Notes: generated from the sequence alone by a model not told the origin. DNA of 64,000 nt from Helicobacter cetorum (GCA_022729755.1 DZAZ01000001.1:1823-65822), one strand, 5' to 3'. Counted from the stretch's first letter, positions 1 through 10,070 are shown. Numbers and translations: made by a program.

Positions 1-730
1 GTATAAGATATCCCACATGGTTTTTTCCAATGGCACTTGCAACTGCTCTTACTGATTTTGGTTTGTCAATAAAATTTGCCATATCTTGGTAAGTTGTTAC
101 TACTCCGTTTGGAAGATTTAAAAGTGCTTTCCACACATTTACTTGAAAATTTGTCCCTTTTACTAGAAGATTGTATTTTTTGTTTTTAATAAAAATATTT
201 TCTAAATATTCGTTTGCTTTTTTATCATCGTGAACAAAAAAAGCATTTTCCCAAAGTTCTTTAAATCTACTAAATATAACCTCTTTATTATTGTCGATAA
301 ATCCCAAATAACAAATGCCTTTATCCGTATATGCTATTAAAGCATTGCCAAAAGGCGTATTTCCATAACCAAATGAAATTAAGACATCTTTCCCTTTTTC
401 TCTCCACTCTTTTGGTGTAACACCTATAAGATTTACAAACAATTCGTGGAGTCGGCTCGAACTAGAAAGTCCTATATCAAGACTACTATTAAGGATAGAT
501 TTAGATTGTTTAATATGTTCTTTTGCATAATTTAATGTAACAGAGTGTAAAAACTGCTTAGGTGTAACTCCTACATACTCTTTAAAAACCCTTATAAAAT
601 GATATTTACTCATACCGATATTCTTTGCTATCTCATCTACGGAAGGCTGGTCTTTAAAATTTTCATCTATATATTTAATAGCTTTTTCTATTAGCTCATA
701 ATTAGTATTTGCATTTATCGAACAACTCAC
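1..730 (-). CDS. AraC-type HTH domain fused to an O6-alkylguanine-DNA alkyltransferase domain (Ada/Ogt-like). The C-terminus runs off the window start.
   Basis: Absent from the ORF track because it is open at the window edge. My translation from GTG at 730 gives an AraC HTH (...DEIAKNIGMSKYHFIRVFKEYVGVTPKQF...GVTPKEWREKG...). It continues ...NVWKALLNLPNGVVTTYQDMANFIDKPKSVRAVASAIGKNHVGYLI, which is the segment just before the PCHR active site of MGMT proteins. Confidence 0.7.
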   Translation of the reverse strand, partial: MSCSINANTNYELIEKAIKYIDENFKDQPSVDEIAKNIGMSKYHFIRVFKEYVGVTPKQFLHSVTLNYAKEHIKQSKSILNSSLDIGLSSSSRLHELFVNLIGVTPKEWREKGKDVLISFGYGNTPFGNALIAYTDKGICYLGFIDNNKEVIFSRFKELWENAFFVHDDKKANEYLENIFIKNKKYNLLVKGTNFQVNVWKALLNLPNGVVTTYQDMANFIDKPKSVRAVASAIGKNHVGYLI

Positions 731-1021
731 GACTAAACCTTATATGATTTACAAAAGTATAACTCAAAGAGAGAAAAGAAACAATCCAAAAATTGCTAAA
801 ATATTTATTATTTTATCTATTATAATATGCCACTACAGAAGTGCCAAGTTTTCGGGATTATCGTGAATTTCATTCCTCATAATCACATAAGTAGTTTTAG
901 CTATTGGATGAGATAATAGCATCTTTAAGTCTCCCTTTTTTTAATAATTCTTTATAGTAATTTACTATTTCAGGTGGTAAAATATTTGTGATATTATAGT
1001 ATGGGATGTAACACATTGATT

Positions 1022-2626
1022 TTATTTCTGTAAATTTTCAATCTTTTGATAAATAAAATTCAAAGTTTCTAGTACTTCCTCTTTTTTTAGTTCATCAAAG
1101 TCCACATTTACATAAAACCCATTTAAAGCTTTATCAAATGAATTTTTAGTTTTTAAGGCATTTACTTTATATGTTCTAACGGGTTGGTCAAAACCTTTTG
1201 CCATAATTGGCTCTTTCTCGAGACAATCAACTTCATCTTTTACAAGTAAATAAGTATCTCTTGAAATTAAAATTTCTCCAACTTCAGCACCACTTTCAAG
1301 CCTTGAAGCTAAATTTACATTACTTCCAATAACTGTATAATCCATTTTGTTTTCACTTCCAAAATTTCCAACCGTACAATATCCACTATTTATCCCAATT
1401 CTAATTTCAAGTGGGGTTATAAAGCCATCTTTTTGCCACTTATTTCTAAGTTCTTTCATTTTACTTCTCATCTCAAGTGCCATAGAAACACAAGCTATTG
1501 CATCTTCTTTTACACCTTTGGTATCAGGGTCGCCAAAAAATATTAAAATCGCATCACCTATAAATTTATCGATTGTAGCACCGTGTTTTATGGCGATTGT
1601 ACTCATTTCAGTTAAATAATTATTTAATAAAAAAGTTAAATCTTCAGATTCCATATTTTCTGTTATTTTTGTGAAATTCTTAATATCAGAGAAAAATATT
1701 GTTAATTTCTTTCTTTTTGAACCAACTAAAACACTCTGTTTACCTTCAAATATTGAGCAATATAGTTGAGGTGAGAGGTATCTTGAGAGTTTATCGTTTA
1801 TGTCGTTTAATTTTTTTACACTCTCTTCTAATTTTCCATTTAAGCACTCTTTTTCTCTTTGGGCTAATCGTAATTGTATTAAATTATCAACTTTCATAAT
1901 TAACTCTTCAATAGAAAAGGGCTTTTGCAAAACATCGTTTGCACCAAGTTTTAAAAGATTTGAAATTAAATTTTTATCATTTTCACCTGTTAGCATAATT
2001 ACTGGTAATTGATAGAGTTTTGGATTTTTTCTTCTAGCTAATAAAAACTCTTCGCCATTCATAACAGGCATATTCAAATCCATCAAAATCAAATCAATCG
2101 AAAGAGTTTCCAAAAGTGTTATCGCCTCTTGTGCATTTGTTGCACTACTTACTTTATATTCTCTGCTAAAGAGTGTTTGTTTGAGTAAATTTCGATACAT
2201 CAAAGCATCATCTACAACTAAAATATGAAAATCGCTGTGAGATTCAATCGTATTGATTAAAGTTTTTATCTCATTTACTACATTTGTAATATTTCCACTT
2301 TTTAAAATATAATCCAAAACACCTAGATTATAGAGTTTATCTTTTAATTGATTATCTTGAGAATTTGTAAAAATAATAAATTTAAATTTTAAATTATTAA
2401 TTTTTTTTGCAGCAGAGATTAAATCAATTCCGTTTCCATCTGGCAAAGTTAAATCCAAAATTATATAATCGTATTCACTTTCGCGAATCGCTTTATTAGC
2501 TTGAGTTAAAGTGTTATTTATAACTAAAGTAGAATTTTCAAATACTTTTTCAAGTTCCTTTGCTAACATCTTTACAATAGGTACTGAATCCTCGACTATT
2601 AAAAATCTATAATGAGTCTTTTTCAT
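1022..2626 (-). CDS. Response regulator with two receiver domains and a C-terminal class III adenylate/guanylate cyclase domain
   Basis: 534-aa ORF with two CheY-like blocks (YIILDLTLPDGNG and LILMDLNMPVMNG). A coiled-coil linker precedes cyclase motifs FFSDIKNFT, KFIGDAILIFFG and YTVIGSNVNLASRLES. Confidence 0.85.
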   Translation of the reverse strand: MKKTHYRFLIVEDSVPIVKMLAKELEKVFENSTLVINNTLTQANKAIRESEYDYIILDLTLPDGNGIDLISAAKKINNLKFKFIIFTNSQDNQLKDKLYNLGVLDYILKSGNITNVVNEIKTLINTIESHSDFHILVVDDALMYRNLLKQTLFSREYKVSSATNAQEAITLLETLSIDLILMDLNMPVMNGEEFLLARRKNPKLYQLPVIMLTGENDKNLISNLLKLGANDVLQKPFSIEELIMKVDNLIQLRLAQREKECLNGKLEESVKKLNDINDKLSRYLSPQLYCSIFEGKQSVLVGSKRKKLTIFFSDIKNFTKITENMESEDLTFLLNNYLTEMSTIAIKHGATIDKFIGDAILIFFGDPDTKGVKEDAIACVSMALEMRSKMKELRNKWQKDGFITPLEIRIGINSGYCTVGNFGSENKMDYTVIGSNVNLASRLESGAEVGEILISRDTYLLVKDEVDCLEKEPIMAKGFDQPVRTYKVNALKTKNSFDKALNGFYVNVDFDELKKEEVLETLNFIYQKIENLQK

Positions 2627-2781
2627 CTTTTAAAATACCCCTCTTTTCATAATTATTTCTTATTATCGTACTATTTTTATTTTTTTTAAATTTTCTTGAT
2701 TTTAGCATTTTTTTGAGTTTTCAAAAATATTCAGTTAAAATATGCAATTAAGTATTGCAACTAAAAGGAAATTTAAAAAAA

Positions 2782-3522
2782 ATGACACAAGATAAGGCAT
2801 ATAAACTCTTAGCAAAACAAGAGGGAGTTTCAAACTCAAAAGCAAAAGAGTTGATAGATAAGGGATTGGTTTTTATAGGTGATAAAAAAGTTAAAATTGC
2901 AAGGGCAGATGTAAGTGTAACTACTAATTTTAAACTTTTAAAAGAGGAAAAAGCTAAAAAAATTTTTGAAGATGAAAATCTCATCGCAGTTAATAAGCCT
3001 TTTGGAAGTTTAAGCGAAGATATAGAAAAAGAGTTAAAAGCGACACTTCTTCATAGACTTGATAAAGAGACGAGTGGAGTTTTGGTACTTGTTAAAAATG
3101 AAGAGTTTAGAGAAAAAGCTATAAAAGAGTTTAAAGAAAAAAGAGTATATAAAGAATATATTGCGATAATTGAGGGGATTGTGAGTGAGCCAATTACGAT
3201 TGATAAGCCAATTTTGACAATAAAAGGTAAAGGCGGTGCAAAAAGTGTCATTTCAAAAGATGGAAAAGAGGCACTAACTATGATTGAACCACTTGAAATT
3301 ATAGGCAAAAAAACAAAATTAAAAGTTGTGATAGAAACTGGGCGAACACACCAAATTAGAATTCACTTAAAAAGCATCGGTTATCCAATTTTGGGCGATG
3401 AAGCTTATGGTTCTAAGATGAGGTCAAAAAGATTGATGCTACACTCTAAAGTGATGAAGTTTTTGGGTTATGAGTTTATAGCAAGTGAACCAAAAGATTT
3501 TTTAAACTTTGCAAATGGATAA
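2782..3522 (+). CDS. RluA-family pseudouridine synthase with N-terminal S4 domain
   Basis: Motifs HRLDKETSGVLVL and GRTHQIRIHL, with an S4-like N-terminus. I prefer the ATG at 2782 over the TTG at 2755 used by the ORF track. Confidence 0.85.
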   Translation: MTQDKAYKLLAKQEGVSNSKAKELIDKGLVFIGDKKVKIARADVSVTTNFKLLKEEKAKKIFEDENLIAVNKPFGSLSEDIEKELKATLLHRLDKETSGVLVLVKNEEFREKAIKEFKEKRVYKEYIAIIEGIVSEPITIDKPILTIKGKGGAKSVISKDGKEALTMIEPLEIIGKKTKLKVVIETGRTHQIRIHLKSIGYPILGDEAYGSKMRSKRLMLHSKVMKFLGYEFIASEPKDFLNFANG

Positions 3523-3535
3523 GAGAATTAAAAAC

Positions 3536-4342
3536 TTAGACATTTACTTTTAAAAAGCCGTTTTCAACGATTACTTTACCAAGTAATTCATACTCAAATA
3601 TTTTATCTCCAAACTCTCTTACAGCCTCTTCATAAGTTGGATTTTGATTACAAAAAATCAAAACTTCATCTTTTAGGGCTTCTCCATTTGTATCTACATC
3701 AGCAAACTCTTTTACAAATTCATCTATATCAAAAATAACTTTTGCAATACCATCTTTTATTAATCTATTTGTTCCCTCACTCTCTCCCATTCTATGAGGC
3801 AAAACATATATCTCTTTATTTAGCTTTTTTGCAATTTCAGCACTTGTGAGTGAGCCACTATTTAAATCTGCTTCAGCAATAATTAACACTTCACCTAAAG
3901 CTACAACTAATCTATTTCTAGCTACAAAGCTCCAATTTGTCGGATTAAACTCTTTTTCATACTCACTAATTGCCAAAGCTTCTTGATAAATTTTTTTTAA
4001 AAGCCCCTCATTTACTTTTGGATAAATATTATCAAGTGAACAAGGCATAACTGAAATAGTGTTAGCAAATGCTGAACCTTGGGCTATTATATCAACTCCC
4101 ATAGCTCCGCCACTTACAATCACAACTCCACCTTTTGATAATTTACTTGAGAGTTCTTGAACTTTGGATTGAGTGTAGTTTGATGGTCTTCTTGTGCCGA
4201 CAATAGAAATTTTTTTGCGATTTAATAATTCTAAATTACCCATATAATAAACATCTTTTATTTTTGGTTTGATACTAATATTTTCAAACTCTTTGATATT
4301 AAAACTTATCTTTTGCAAAATTTTTAATCTCCTCTTTAACAA
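3536..4342 (-). CDS. dprA: DNA processing protein DprA
   Basis: 268 aa with ISIVGTRRPS and GGAMGVDIIAQG Rossmann-like DprA motifs. Confidence 0.9.
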   Translation of the reverse strand: MLKRRLKILQKISFNIKEFENISIKPKIKDVYYMGNLELLNRKKISIVGTRRPSNYTQSKVQELSSKLSKGGVVIVSGGAMGVDIIAQGSAFANTISVMPCSLDNIYPKVNEGLLKKIYQEALAISEYEKEFNPTNWSFVARNRLVVALGEVLIIAEADLNSGSLTSAEIAKKLNKEIYVLPHRMGESEGTNRLIKDGIAKVIFDIDEFVKEFADVDTNGEALKDEVLIFCNQNPTYEEAVREFGDKIFEYELLGKVIVENGFLKVNV

Positions 4343-5033
4343 AAAGCAAATTTTTGTAAATTTCTTTTAAATCTTCTATTTTAGTACTATCAAAATTTTT
4401 ACTTACATAATATTTATAAGAATTTAAACTCTCTTTTTCAACTATCATAAAATTCCAAATCGCCCCGATAATATAGGCACCTTTCATTTTAGTAAAACTA
4501 CTTATCTCAATTGCACTAATAAGTTCAGCTATAAGTTGAGGTCTTGGGTCGTTTGCTTCTATGCTTTTTTTAAATTCTTGAATAAAAAAATATGGTTTTT
4601 TAGGATAATCAATCCCTTTAGCTATCATAAAATCGCAAATTCCACTTAATTTGAATTTTTCACTCTCATAACTTAATTTCTCTTCATAAAAAGCCCTAAG
4701 TTCTAAATCAATAATTTTAAAATCAACTCGACTTAATATTGGAGATATATAATTAATTTTTAAATCCTCTTCGTTATAACTTTCAATAAATTTCGCCTCT
4801 TTTTTTATCAAATCACTTAAAAAATCTACATCACTTTTATTTAACTCTACTTGATTTTCAAACCAACTATCAAATATGAACTCTTCATAAGACTTTTTAA
4901 GTTTAAATATCTCTTCTAAATCTTTAAAAGTTATTTTAGAAAAGTTATAACTATTTTGCTTTGCTAATTTTAATCTTTTTAACTCTTCAATCTCTTCTAA
5001 TGTTAAATTATCTAAAAATTCATTTAAAGACAT
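4299..5033 (-). CDS. Hypothetical protein with a PD-(D/E)xK restriction-endonuclease-like core (HsdR N-terminal-like)
   Basis: 244 aa. The pattern EEDLKINYISPIL...GICDFMIAKG...PYFFIQEFKK fits a D...ExK nuclease fold. Its 3' end overlaps the dprA ORF start by 44 nt. Confidence 0.45.
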   Translation of the reverse strand: MSLNEFLDNLTLEEIEELKRLKLAKQNSYNFSKITFKDLEEIFKLKKSYEEFIFDSWFENQVELNKSDVDFLSDLIKKEAKFIESYNEEDLKINYISPILSRVDFKIIDLELRAFYEEKLSYESEKFKLSGICDFMIAKGIDYPKKPYFFIQEFKKSIEANDPRPQLIAELISAIEISSFTKMKGAYIIGAIWNFMIVEKESLNSYKYYVSKNFDSTKIEDLKEIYKNLLFVKEEIKNFAKDKF

Positions 5034-5061
5034 TTTTTACTCCAATTTTTTATACTTTAAA

Positions 5062-5601
5062 TTAATTTTTTTTCCTAAACTCTTCTAAATTAGGGGGTAT
5101 ATGGTTGTTTTGCATATATTCTTCAAGTGTTTTATTTTTATCTTTTTTAATACACCACTCTCTTAAATCTTCTCTTTCGCTTTTATACTCAAAATAAGGT
5201 ACACTCATTCCACAACTATTTTCAACACAATAAATATTAAGTTTAATAAATCTTCTAATACCATCAAAATTCATATTTTCAAAAAATTTACGACTATTTA
5301 CATCATCTTTATCTATCAATTCGCCTTTGCAAAATAGCTTTAAAATCAAAGGTTTTTCGCTAAACGAAGTAAACATAATAGTTACTTCTCCATTTGCCTC
5401 TATATCTCTAGCAGTTCTATTACCACTTCCAGCATAATCTAAAAATATTACTTCATTATCGCCTATAATACGAAATACATCATAACCTCTTGGACTAAGA
5501 TTTACCTCTCCATTATTACTTGCACTTGCAATAAAAAATATATGCTGATTTTTTATAAATTCTTTATCGCTTTCACTTAAACTTTTATATCTTTTACCCA
5601 T
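5062..5601 (-). CDS. Pyridoxamine 5'-phosphate oxidase-family (FMN-binding split barrel) protein
   Basis: 179 aa. LSPRGYDVFRII...FLDYAGSGNRTARDIEANGEVTIMF resembles the Pyridox_ox_2 family. Confidence 0.65.
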   Translation of the reverse strand: MGKRYKSLSESDKEFIKNQHIFFIASASNNGEVNLSPRGYDVFRIIGDNEVIFLDYAGSGNRTARDIEANGEVTIMFTSFSEKPLILKLFCKGELIDKDDVNSRKFFENMNFDGIRRFIKLNIYCVENSCGMSVPYFEYKSEREDLREWCIKKDKNKTLEEYMQNNHIPPNLEEFRKKN

Positions 5602-5622
5602 TTTTGTCTCCTGATTATTGTT

Positions 5623-6834
5623 TTAAAATTCATTGAAATTAATCATTTCTTCTTTTGATTGTTCTAAATCTTTTATCCAAATTTTGCAAGATTTTAATTC
5701 ATCTTCGCCGATAATTGCGCAATATTTAGCATTAACTTTATCAGCTCCTTTTAAGTGTGCTTTTAAACTTTTGATTTTATATTCAATTGTAACTTTTTGA
5801 TTTTTTCGTTTTTGATGTGCTTTTTTAAATATTAAATCGATTGCTTCAGGTTCTAATGCACCAAAATAGATACCATCTCGTTTAACTTCAGGCAATTTTA
5901 TCAAATTAAGTATTCGCTCAATTCCAATCGCAAATCCAATAGCAGGAGTTGAAACTCCACCCAAATACTCAACCAATTTATCATATCTTCCACCACCAGC
6001 AATTGCACTTTGAGCTCCGATTTCATCGCTTACAAATTCAAATGCACTTTTATTATAATAATCAAGTCCTCTAACTAAATTTGTATCGATTATGAAGTCA
6101 ATTTCACTATTTTTTAACACTTTTTGTAAAATTATAAAATCTTCATCGCAATTATTACAAAGTTCATCGACTAATTTTGGAGCATCAACTATCAATTTTT
6201 GACAAGTTTCATTTTTACAATCAAGCACACGAATAGGATTTTGGCTCTTTCTTCTTTTACAATCCTCACAAAGTTCGGCTTCAATATCATTTAAGTGTTT
6301 AATTAAGTTTTCTCTAAAATTAGGTAAACACTCTGGACATCCTAAAGAGTTTATTTTTAGTTTAAATTTAATATTCAAGGCTTTCAAAATATCAGCTATC
6401 ATCAAAATAATACTTGCATCTTCATAAGCACTAGCTTCGCCAAAGCTCTCAACTCCAAATTGATGAAACTCTCTTAATCTGCCTTTTTGAGGTCTCTCAT
6501 ATCTAAACATAGCACCATAATAGAAAAATTTATAATTTCCTCCGATTTTATCAAACTTATGTTCAATAAAACTTCTTACAACTCCAGCTGTGCCTTCAGG
6601 TCGTAAACAAACATCATTTTCACCTTTATCGATAAATTGATACATTTCTTTGTTTACAATATCGCTACTTTCTCCTACACTTCTTTTAAATAAAGCACTC
6701 TCTTCAAGTAAAGGATTTTCAATGTAGCTAAAACCGTATTTTTTAGCTATGTTTGAAGCAATATCTATAAAATATAAAAACTTTTCTCCATCTTCAAAAA
6801 ATATATCCTTCATTCCTCGTAATGCTTTAATCAT
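5623..6834 (-). CDS. hisS: Histidine--tRNA ligase
   Basis: 403 aa with MIKALRGMKDIFF, CLRPEGTAGVVR, FRYERPQKGRLREFHQ and GGGRYD class II motifs. Confidence 0.95.
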   Translation of the reverse strand: MIKALRGMKDIFFEDGEKFLYFIDIASNIAKKYGFSYIENPLLEESALFKRSVGESSDIVNKEMYQFIDKGENDVCLRPEGTAGVVRSFIEHKFDKIGGNYKFFYYGAMFRYERPQKGRLREFHQFGVESFGEASAYEDASIILMIADILKALNIKFKLKINSLGCPECLPNFRENLIKHLNDIEAELCEDCKRRKSQNPIRVLDCKNETCQKLIVDAPKLVDELCNNCDEDFIILQKVLKNSEIDFIIDTNLVRGLDYYNKSAFEFVSDEIGAQSAIAGGGRYDKLVEYLGGVSTPAIGFAIGIERILNLIKLPEVKRDGIYFGALEPEAIDLIFKKAHQKRKNQKVTIEYKIKSLKAHLKGADKVNAKYCAIIGEDELKSCKIWIKDLEQSKEEMINFNEF

Positions 6835-6885
6835 AAATTTGACCTCCGTTAATTTTAAAAATTATATCAAAGTTTAAAATAAAGT

Positions 6886-7236
6886 TTAACTTCCTCCATC
6901 ATCCCACGGTTCACGACCAAGTCTATATTTTTCTTTGTCATCTTGTTTTGTCATATTAGATAAAAATTTAGCTAAATCTTTTATTTCACTTTCGGTTAAA
7001 CTTTGTGCAAAAGGGTTCATTACATCTGCATTTGGAGTTTTTATTTCACCATTTTTATAAGCATTTAATTTACTAATAAAATAGTATTCACTTTTTTTAT
7101 TGATTGCAGGATAGTTTCCACTTCCACCTCCGTCAATTCCGTGACAACCATAACAACCTTTACCTGTGTAAACTTTTTCTCCAAAGTTAATCGCAAATAA
7201 ATTTATTATACTTAAAAATAAAATCAAATATTTCAT
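6886..7236 (-). CDS. Periplasmic monohaem class I cytochrome c (c553-like)
   Basis: 116 aa with a signal peptide, a single CYGCH haem motif and a distal Met (DVMNPF). Its start overlaps the bioA stop (ATGA). Confidence 0.8.
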   Translation of the reverse strand: MKYLILFLSIINLFAINFGEKVYTGKGCYGCHGIDGGGSGNYPAINKKSEYYFISKLNAYKNGEIKTPNADVMNPFAQSLTESEIKDLAKFLSNMTKQDDKEKYRLGREPWDDGGS

Positions 7237-8534
7237 AAAAGCTCCTTTATTGCTTCATAAACAACTCTAAAAATTTTATCAATTTCATCTTTGGTTATAA
7301 TATAAGGTGGCATAAAATAGATTACATTTCCTAGTGGTCTGATTAAAACTCCATTTTTTAGTGCATAATTATAAATTGCTAAATTTACTCGCTCTGTTTT
7401 ATATCCATCTAACTCTATTGCTAAAATCATTCCAGTTTGTCGGATTTCTTTTACAAATTTTAACTCTTTAAATATTTGAGATTTTTCTCTCATATATTCA
7501 ATTTTTTCTCTATTTTTTTCTATTATATTTTCTTTTTCAAAAATATCAAGTGAAGCATTTGCAACCGCACAAGCTAAGGGATTTCCAGTATAACTATGAG
7601 AGTGTAAAAAAGTTTTTTCATAACTTCTATAATCACAATAAAATGCATTATAAATATTTTCAGTTGTTATAACAAGCGAAAGTGGCAAATATCCACCAGT
7701 TAAACCTTTAGATAAAACTAAAAAATCAGGTGTAACATTAGCTTGTTCTAGTGCAAACATAGTTCCACTTCTACCAAATCCAACAGCGATTTCATCTAAA
7801 ATTAAATGAATTTGAAATTCTTCACAAATTTCTTTAACTTTTGTTACAAAAATACTATTGTGCATTTTCATATATCCTGCACATTGAACTAATGGCTCAA
7901 GTATAATTGCTGAAAGTAAATTAACATTTTGCTCAACTATTTCTCTTAAAATTATGGCTGAATTTAGTGCTTCTTCTTCGCTATTATCTTTTGGGATTGG
8001 AGCTTTTATAGTTTTAAAAAGTAAATCGCTATAAACATCTTTATATAAACCTACATCTCCAACCGATAAAGCCCCTATTGTTTCACCGTGATAACTATTT
8101 TGAAATGATAAAAAAAGAGGTTTTATTTTGCCTAAATTTTTATGATAGTGAAATGACATTTTAAGGGCTACTTCGATTGCACTTGAGCCATTGTCTGCAT
8201 AAAAACATTTAGTTAAATTTTTGGGAGTTAAATCTATTAATCTTTCTGAAAGTTTTATAATTGGTTCGTGCGAAAAACCTGCAAAAATTATATGTTCAAG
8301 TTTTTCAACTTGTTCTTTTAGTGCTTCATTAATATACTCATTTGAGTGTCCAAAAAGATTTACCCACCAACTACTAATTGCATCGATATATGAATTTCCA
8401 TCAAAATCATTTAAATAAATCCCTTTTGCACTTTTTATTGGAATAAGAGGCAAAGCTCCTTCGTGGTCTTTCATTTGAGTGCAAGGATGCCAAATATGTG
8501 ATAAATCTCTTTGTATCATTGCCTTATTATTCAT
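7233..8534 (-). CDS. bioA: Adenosylmethionine-8-amino-7-oxononanoate aminotransferase
   Basis: 433-aa class III aminotransferase with IWHPCTQM, LILDEIAVGFGRSG, LSKGLTGGYLPLS and HSYTGNPLACA. Confidence 0.9.
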   Translation of the reverse strand: MNNKAMIQRDLSHIWHPCTQMKDHEGALPLIPIKSAKGIYLNDFDGNSYIDAISSWWVNLFGHSNEYINEALKEQVEKLEHIIFAGFSHEPIIKLSERLIDLTPKNLTKCFYADNGSSAIEVALKMSFHYHKNLGKIKPLFLSFQNSYHGETIGALSVGDVGLYKDVYSDLLFKTIKAPIPKDNSEEEALNSAIILREIVEQNVNLLSAIILEPLVQCAGYMKMHNSIFVTKVKEICEEFQIHLILDEIAVGFGRSGTMFALEQANVTPDFLVLSKGLTGGYLPLSLVITTENIYNAFYCDYRSYEKTFLHSHSYTGNPLACAVANASLDIFEKENIIEKNREKIEYMREKSQIFKELKFVKEIRQTGMILAIELDGYKTERVNLAIYNYALKNGVLIRPLGNVIYFMPPYIITKDEIDKIFRVVYEAIKELL

Positions 8535-8601
8535 AATTAGCCTTTATTTATACTAATTTAATTTGAGTTTAAGTAAAATTATAACAAAAAAGAGGATTTA
8601 A

Positions 8602-10068
8602 ATGATAACTTGGATGCAAAAACATAGAAAATATTTAGTTGTTACTATTTGGATAAGTGTAATAGCCTTTGTTGGTGCAGGATTTGTAGGCTGGGGTGCC
8701 TATAGTTTTTCAAATAAAGATACACTTGTGGCTGAAGTTGGCAAAAAAGAGGTAACAATTAATGAACTTCAGGATGAATACTCAAAAATTTACTCATTTT
8801 ATGCAAATATGTTTGGAAATAATTTTAATAAAGAGATGGCAGATAAGTTACAATTAGAGCAAGTTGCGATAAAAAATTTGATTGATACTACACTTATTTT
8901 AAATTTAGCTGATGAGTTTGGAGTTTTAGCTTCAGATGAAGAGGTTACAAAAAAGATTATTTCAATTGAGAGTTTTCAAGAAAATGGAATTTTTGATAGA
9001 GATAAATATATTGCAACACTTCAAGGAATTGGCTTAAAACCTAAAGATTTTGAAAGTTCAATCAAAAAAGAGGTTTTAATTTCAAAAGTTACAGATATTT
9101 TTGATTTAAATTCAACAGCACTAGAGTTAGATGCAATGAATTCAGCATTTTATATGCAAGATAGAGTTTTTTTAGAAAAAATCGATGCAAATTCATTTGA
9201 GTTAGACATTAATGAAACTAATATTAAAGAGTATTGGGAAAAGAATAAAATAAATTATCAAACACAAACAATTTACGAAGTTAAAATGCTTGAAGTTGCC
9301 TTAAAAGATATGAATTTAAGCGAAGATAAGATGCAAGAGTATTATAATCTCAACAAATTAAATTTCAAAGATAATGATGGCAAAGTTTTAAGCTTTGAGG
9401 AAGCTAGAGAGAGAGTTGAAAAAGAAGCTAAATTAAAAGAAGCTAAAACAGAGGCATTAAAGCAATATTTAGAACTTAAAAAAGATAGATTACAAGTTCA
9501 AATTATTAAAATTAGCGAAAATGATGTAAGTTTTAATCCAAATGTTTTAACAGGCTTAAGGGATTTAAATGTAAGTGAAACTTTAAAACCTATTGAGGTT
9601 GAGAATGGTTTTTTAGTTTTAAAATTAGTTAATAAAATTTTACCTAAAACGATGGAATATGAAGAGGCGAGAAGTTTAGCTGAAGTTGATTTAAAAAATA
9701 CAATGAAAACAGAGTTACTTGAAAAAGAGTCCAAAGCTAGAATGGGCAATTTTGAAGGTGAAGATTTAGGTTTTATTTCAAGAGATGATGTTTCTAAATT
9801 AAATTTAGCTGAAGAGGAAGCTTCTGGGGCAATGGAGAGAATTTTTAGCTCAATTGAGCCTAGAGGCTATATTTTATTAAATGATAAAGCTATTTTATTT
9901 AGAATAGTTGCTCAAGAACTTTCACAAGAGGGTGATATGAAAAATTTTGAATTTATTAATCAAAATCTTTTAAGTATTAAAAATGAGTTGATAAACTCTA
10001 AAATTTTAGATATCCTACAAAAAAGATATGAAATAAAATTATATTATAAAAATGACAAAGGAAACTAA
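8602..10068 (+). CDS. PpiD/SurA-like periplasmic chaperone (membrane-anchored peptidyl-prolyl isomerase family)
   Basis: 488 aa. The N-terminal anchor MITWMQKHRKYLVVTIWISVIAFVGAGFVGWG is typical of PpiD. It sits upstream of ftsA as in Campylobacter. Confidence 0.7.
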   Translation: MITWMQKHRKYLVVTIWISVIAFVGAGFVGWGAYSFSNKDTLVAEVGKKEVTINELQDEYSKIYSFYANMFGNNFNKEMADKLQLEQVAIKNLIDTTLILNLADEFGVLASDEEVTKKIISIESFQENGIFDRDKYIATLQGIGLKPKDFESSIKKEVLISKVTDIFDLNSTALELDAMNSAFYMQDRVFLEKIDANSFELDINETNIKEYWEKNKINYQTQTIYEVKMLEVALKDMNLSEDKMQEYYNLNKLNFKDNDGKVLSFEEARERVEKEAKLKEAKTEALKQYLELKKDRLQVQIIKISENDVSFNPNVLTGLRDLNVSETLKPIEVENGFLVLKLVNKILPKTMEYEEARSLAEVDLKNTMKTELLEKESKARMGNFEGEDLGFISRDDVSKLNLAEEEASGAMERIFSSIEPRGYILLNDKAILFRIVAQELSQEGDMKNFEFINQNLLSIKNELINSKILDILQKRYEIKLYYKNDKGN

Positions 10069-10070
10069 AG

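Noticed and set aside
833-922. A 29-codon minus-strand ORF (MLLSHPIAKTTYVIMRNEIHDNPENLALL) with a GGGAG Shine-Dalgarno lies in the spacer between the Ada-like gene and the cyclase regulator.
   Set aside because: It is too short, has no recognisable family, and I cannot assess conservation. It may be a gene remnant, but I cannot support it.
1347-1619. Many ORF-track entries run antisense to, or lie nested in, clear genes. Examples are 1347-1619, 1699-2012, 2748-2984, 3051-3308, 8221-8418, 9498-9749, 12157-12345, 15796-16035, 17461-17694, 19427-19618, 22210-22419 and 22886-23101. Others are 24937-25459, 26557-27133, 28123-28353, 28991-29197, 29398-29835, 30553-30735, 31432-31665, 38119-38532, 39744-40031, 41167-41400, 43308-43966, 45196-45435, 49777-50022, 50806-53314, 53561-53746, 55006-55467 and 56529-56783.
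   Set aside because: Each overlaps a gene with strong family motifs on the other strand or in another frame. Their translations are low-complexity (Ile/Leu/Phe/Ser/Lys-rich), as expected from the reverse complement of AT-rich coding sequence. None has a Shine-Dalgarno or a recognisable domain.
2734-2747. The 14-mer gttaaaatatgcaa is shared between 2734-2747 and 15671-15684 (the right end of the cassette).
   Set aside because: My rough estimate for this base composition is that dozens of 14-nt matches are expected by chance in 64 kb. Both copies look like ordinary TAAAAT -10 regions.
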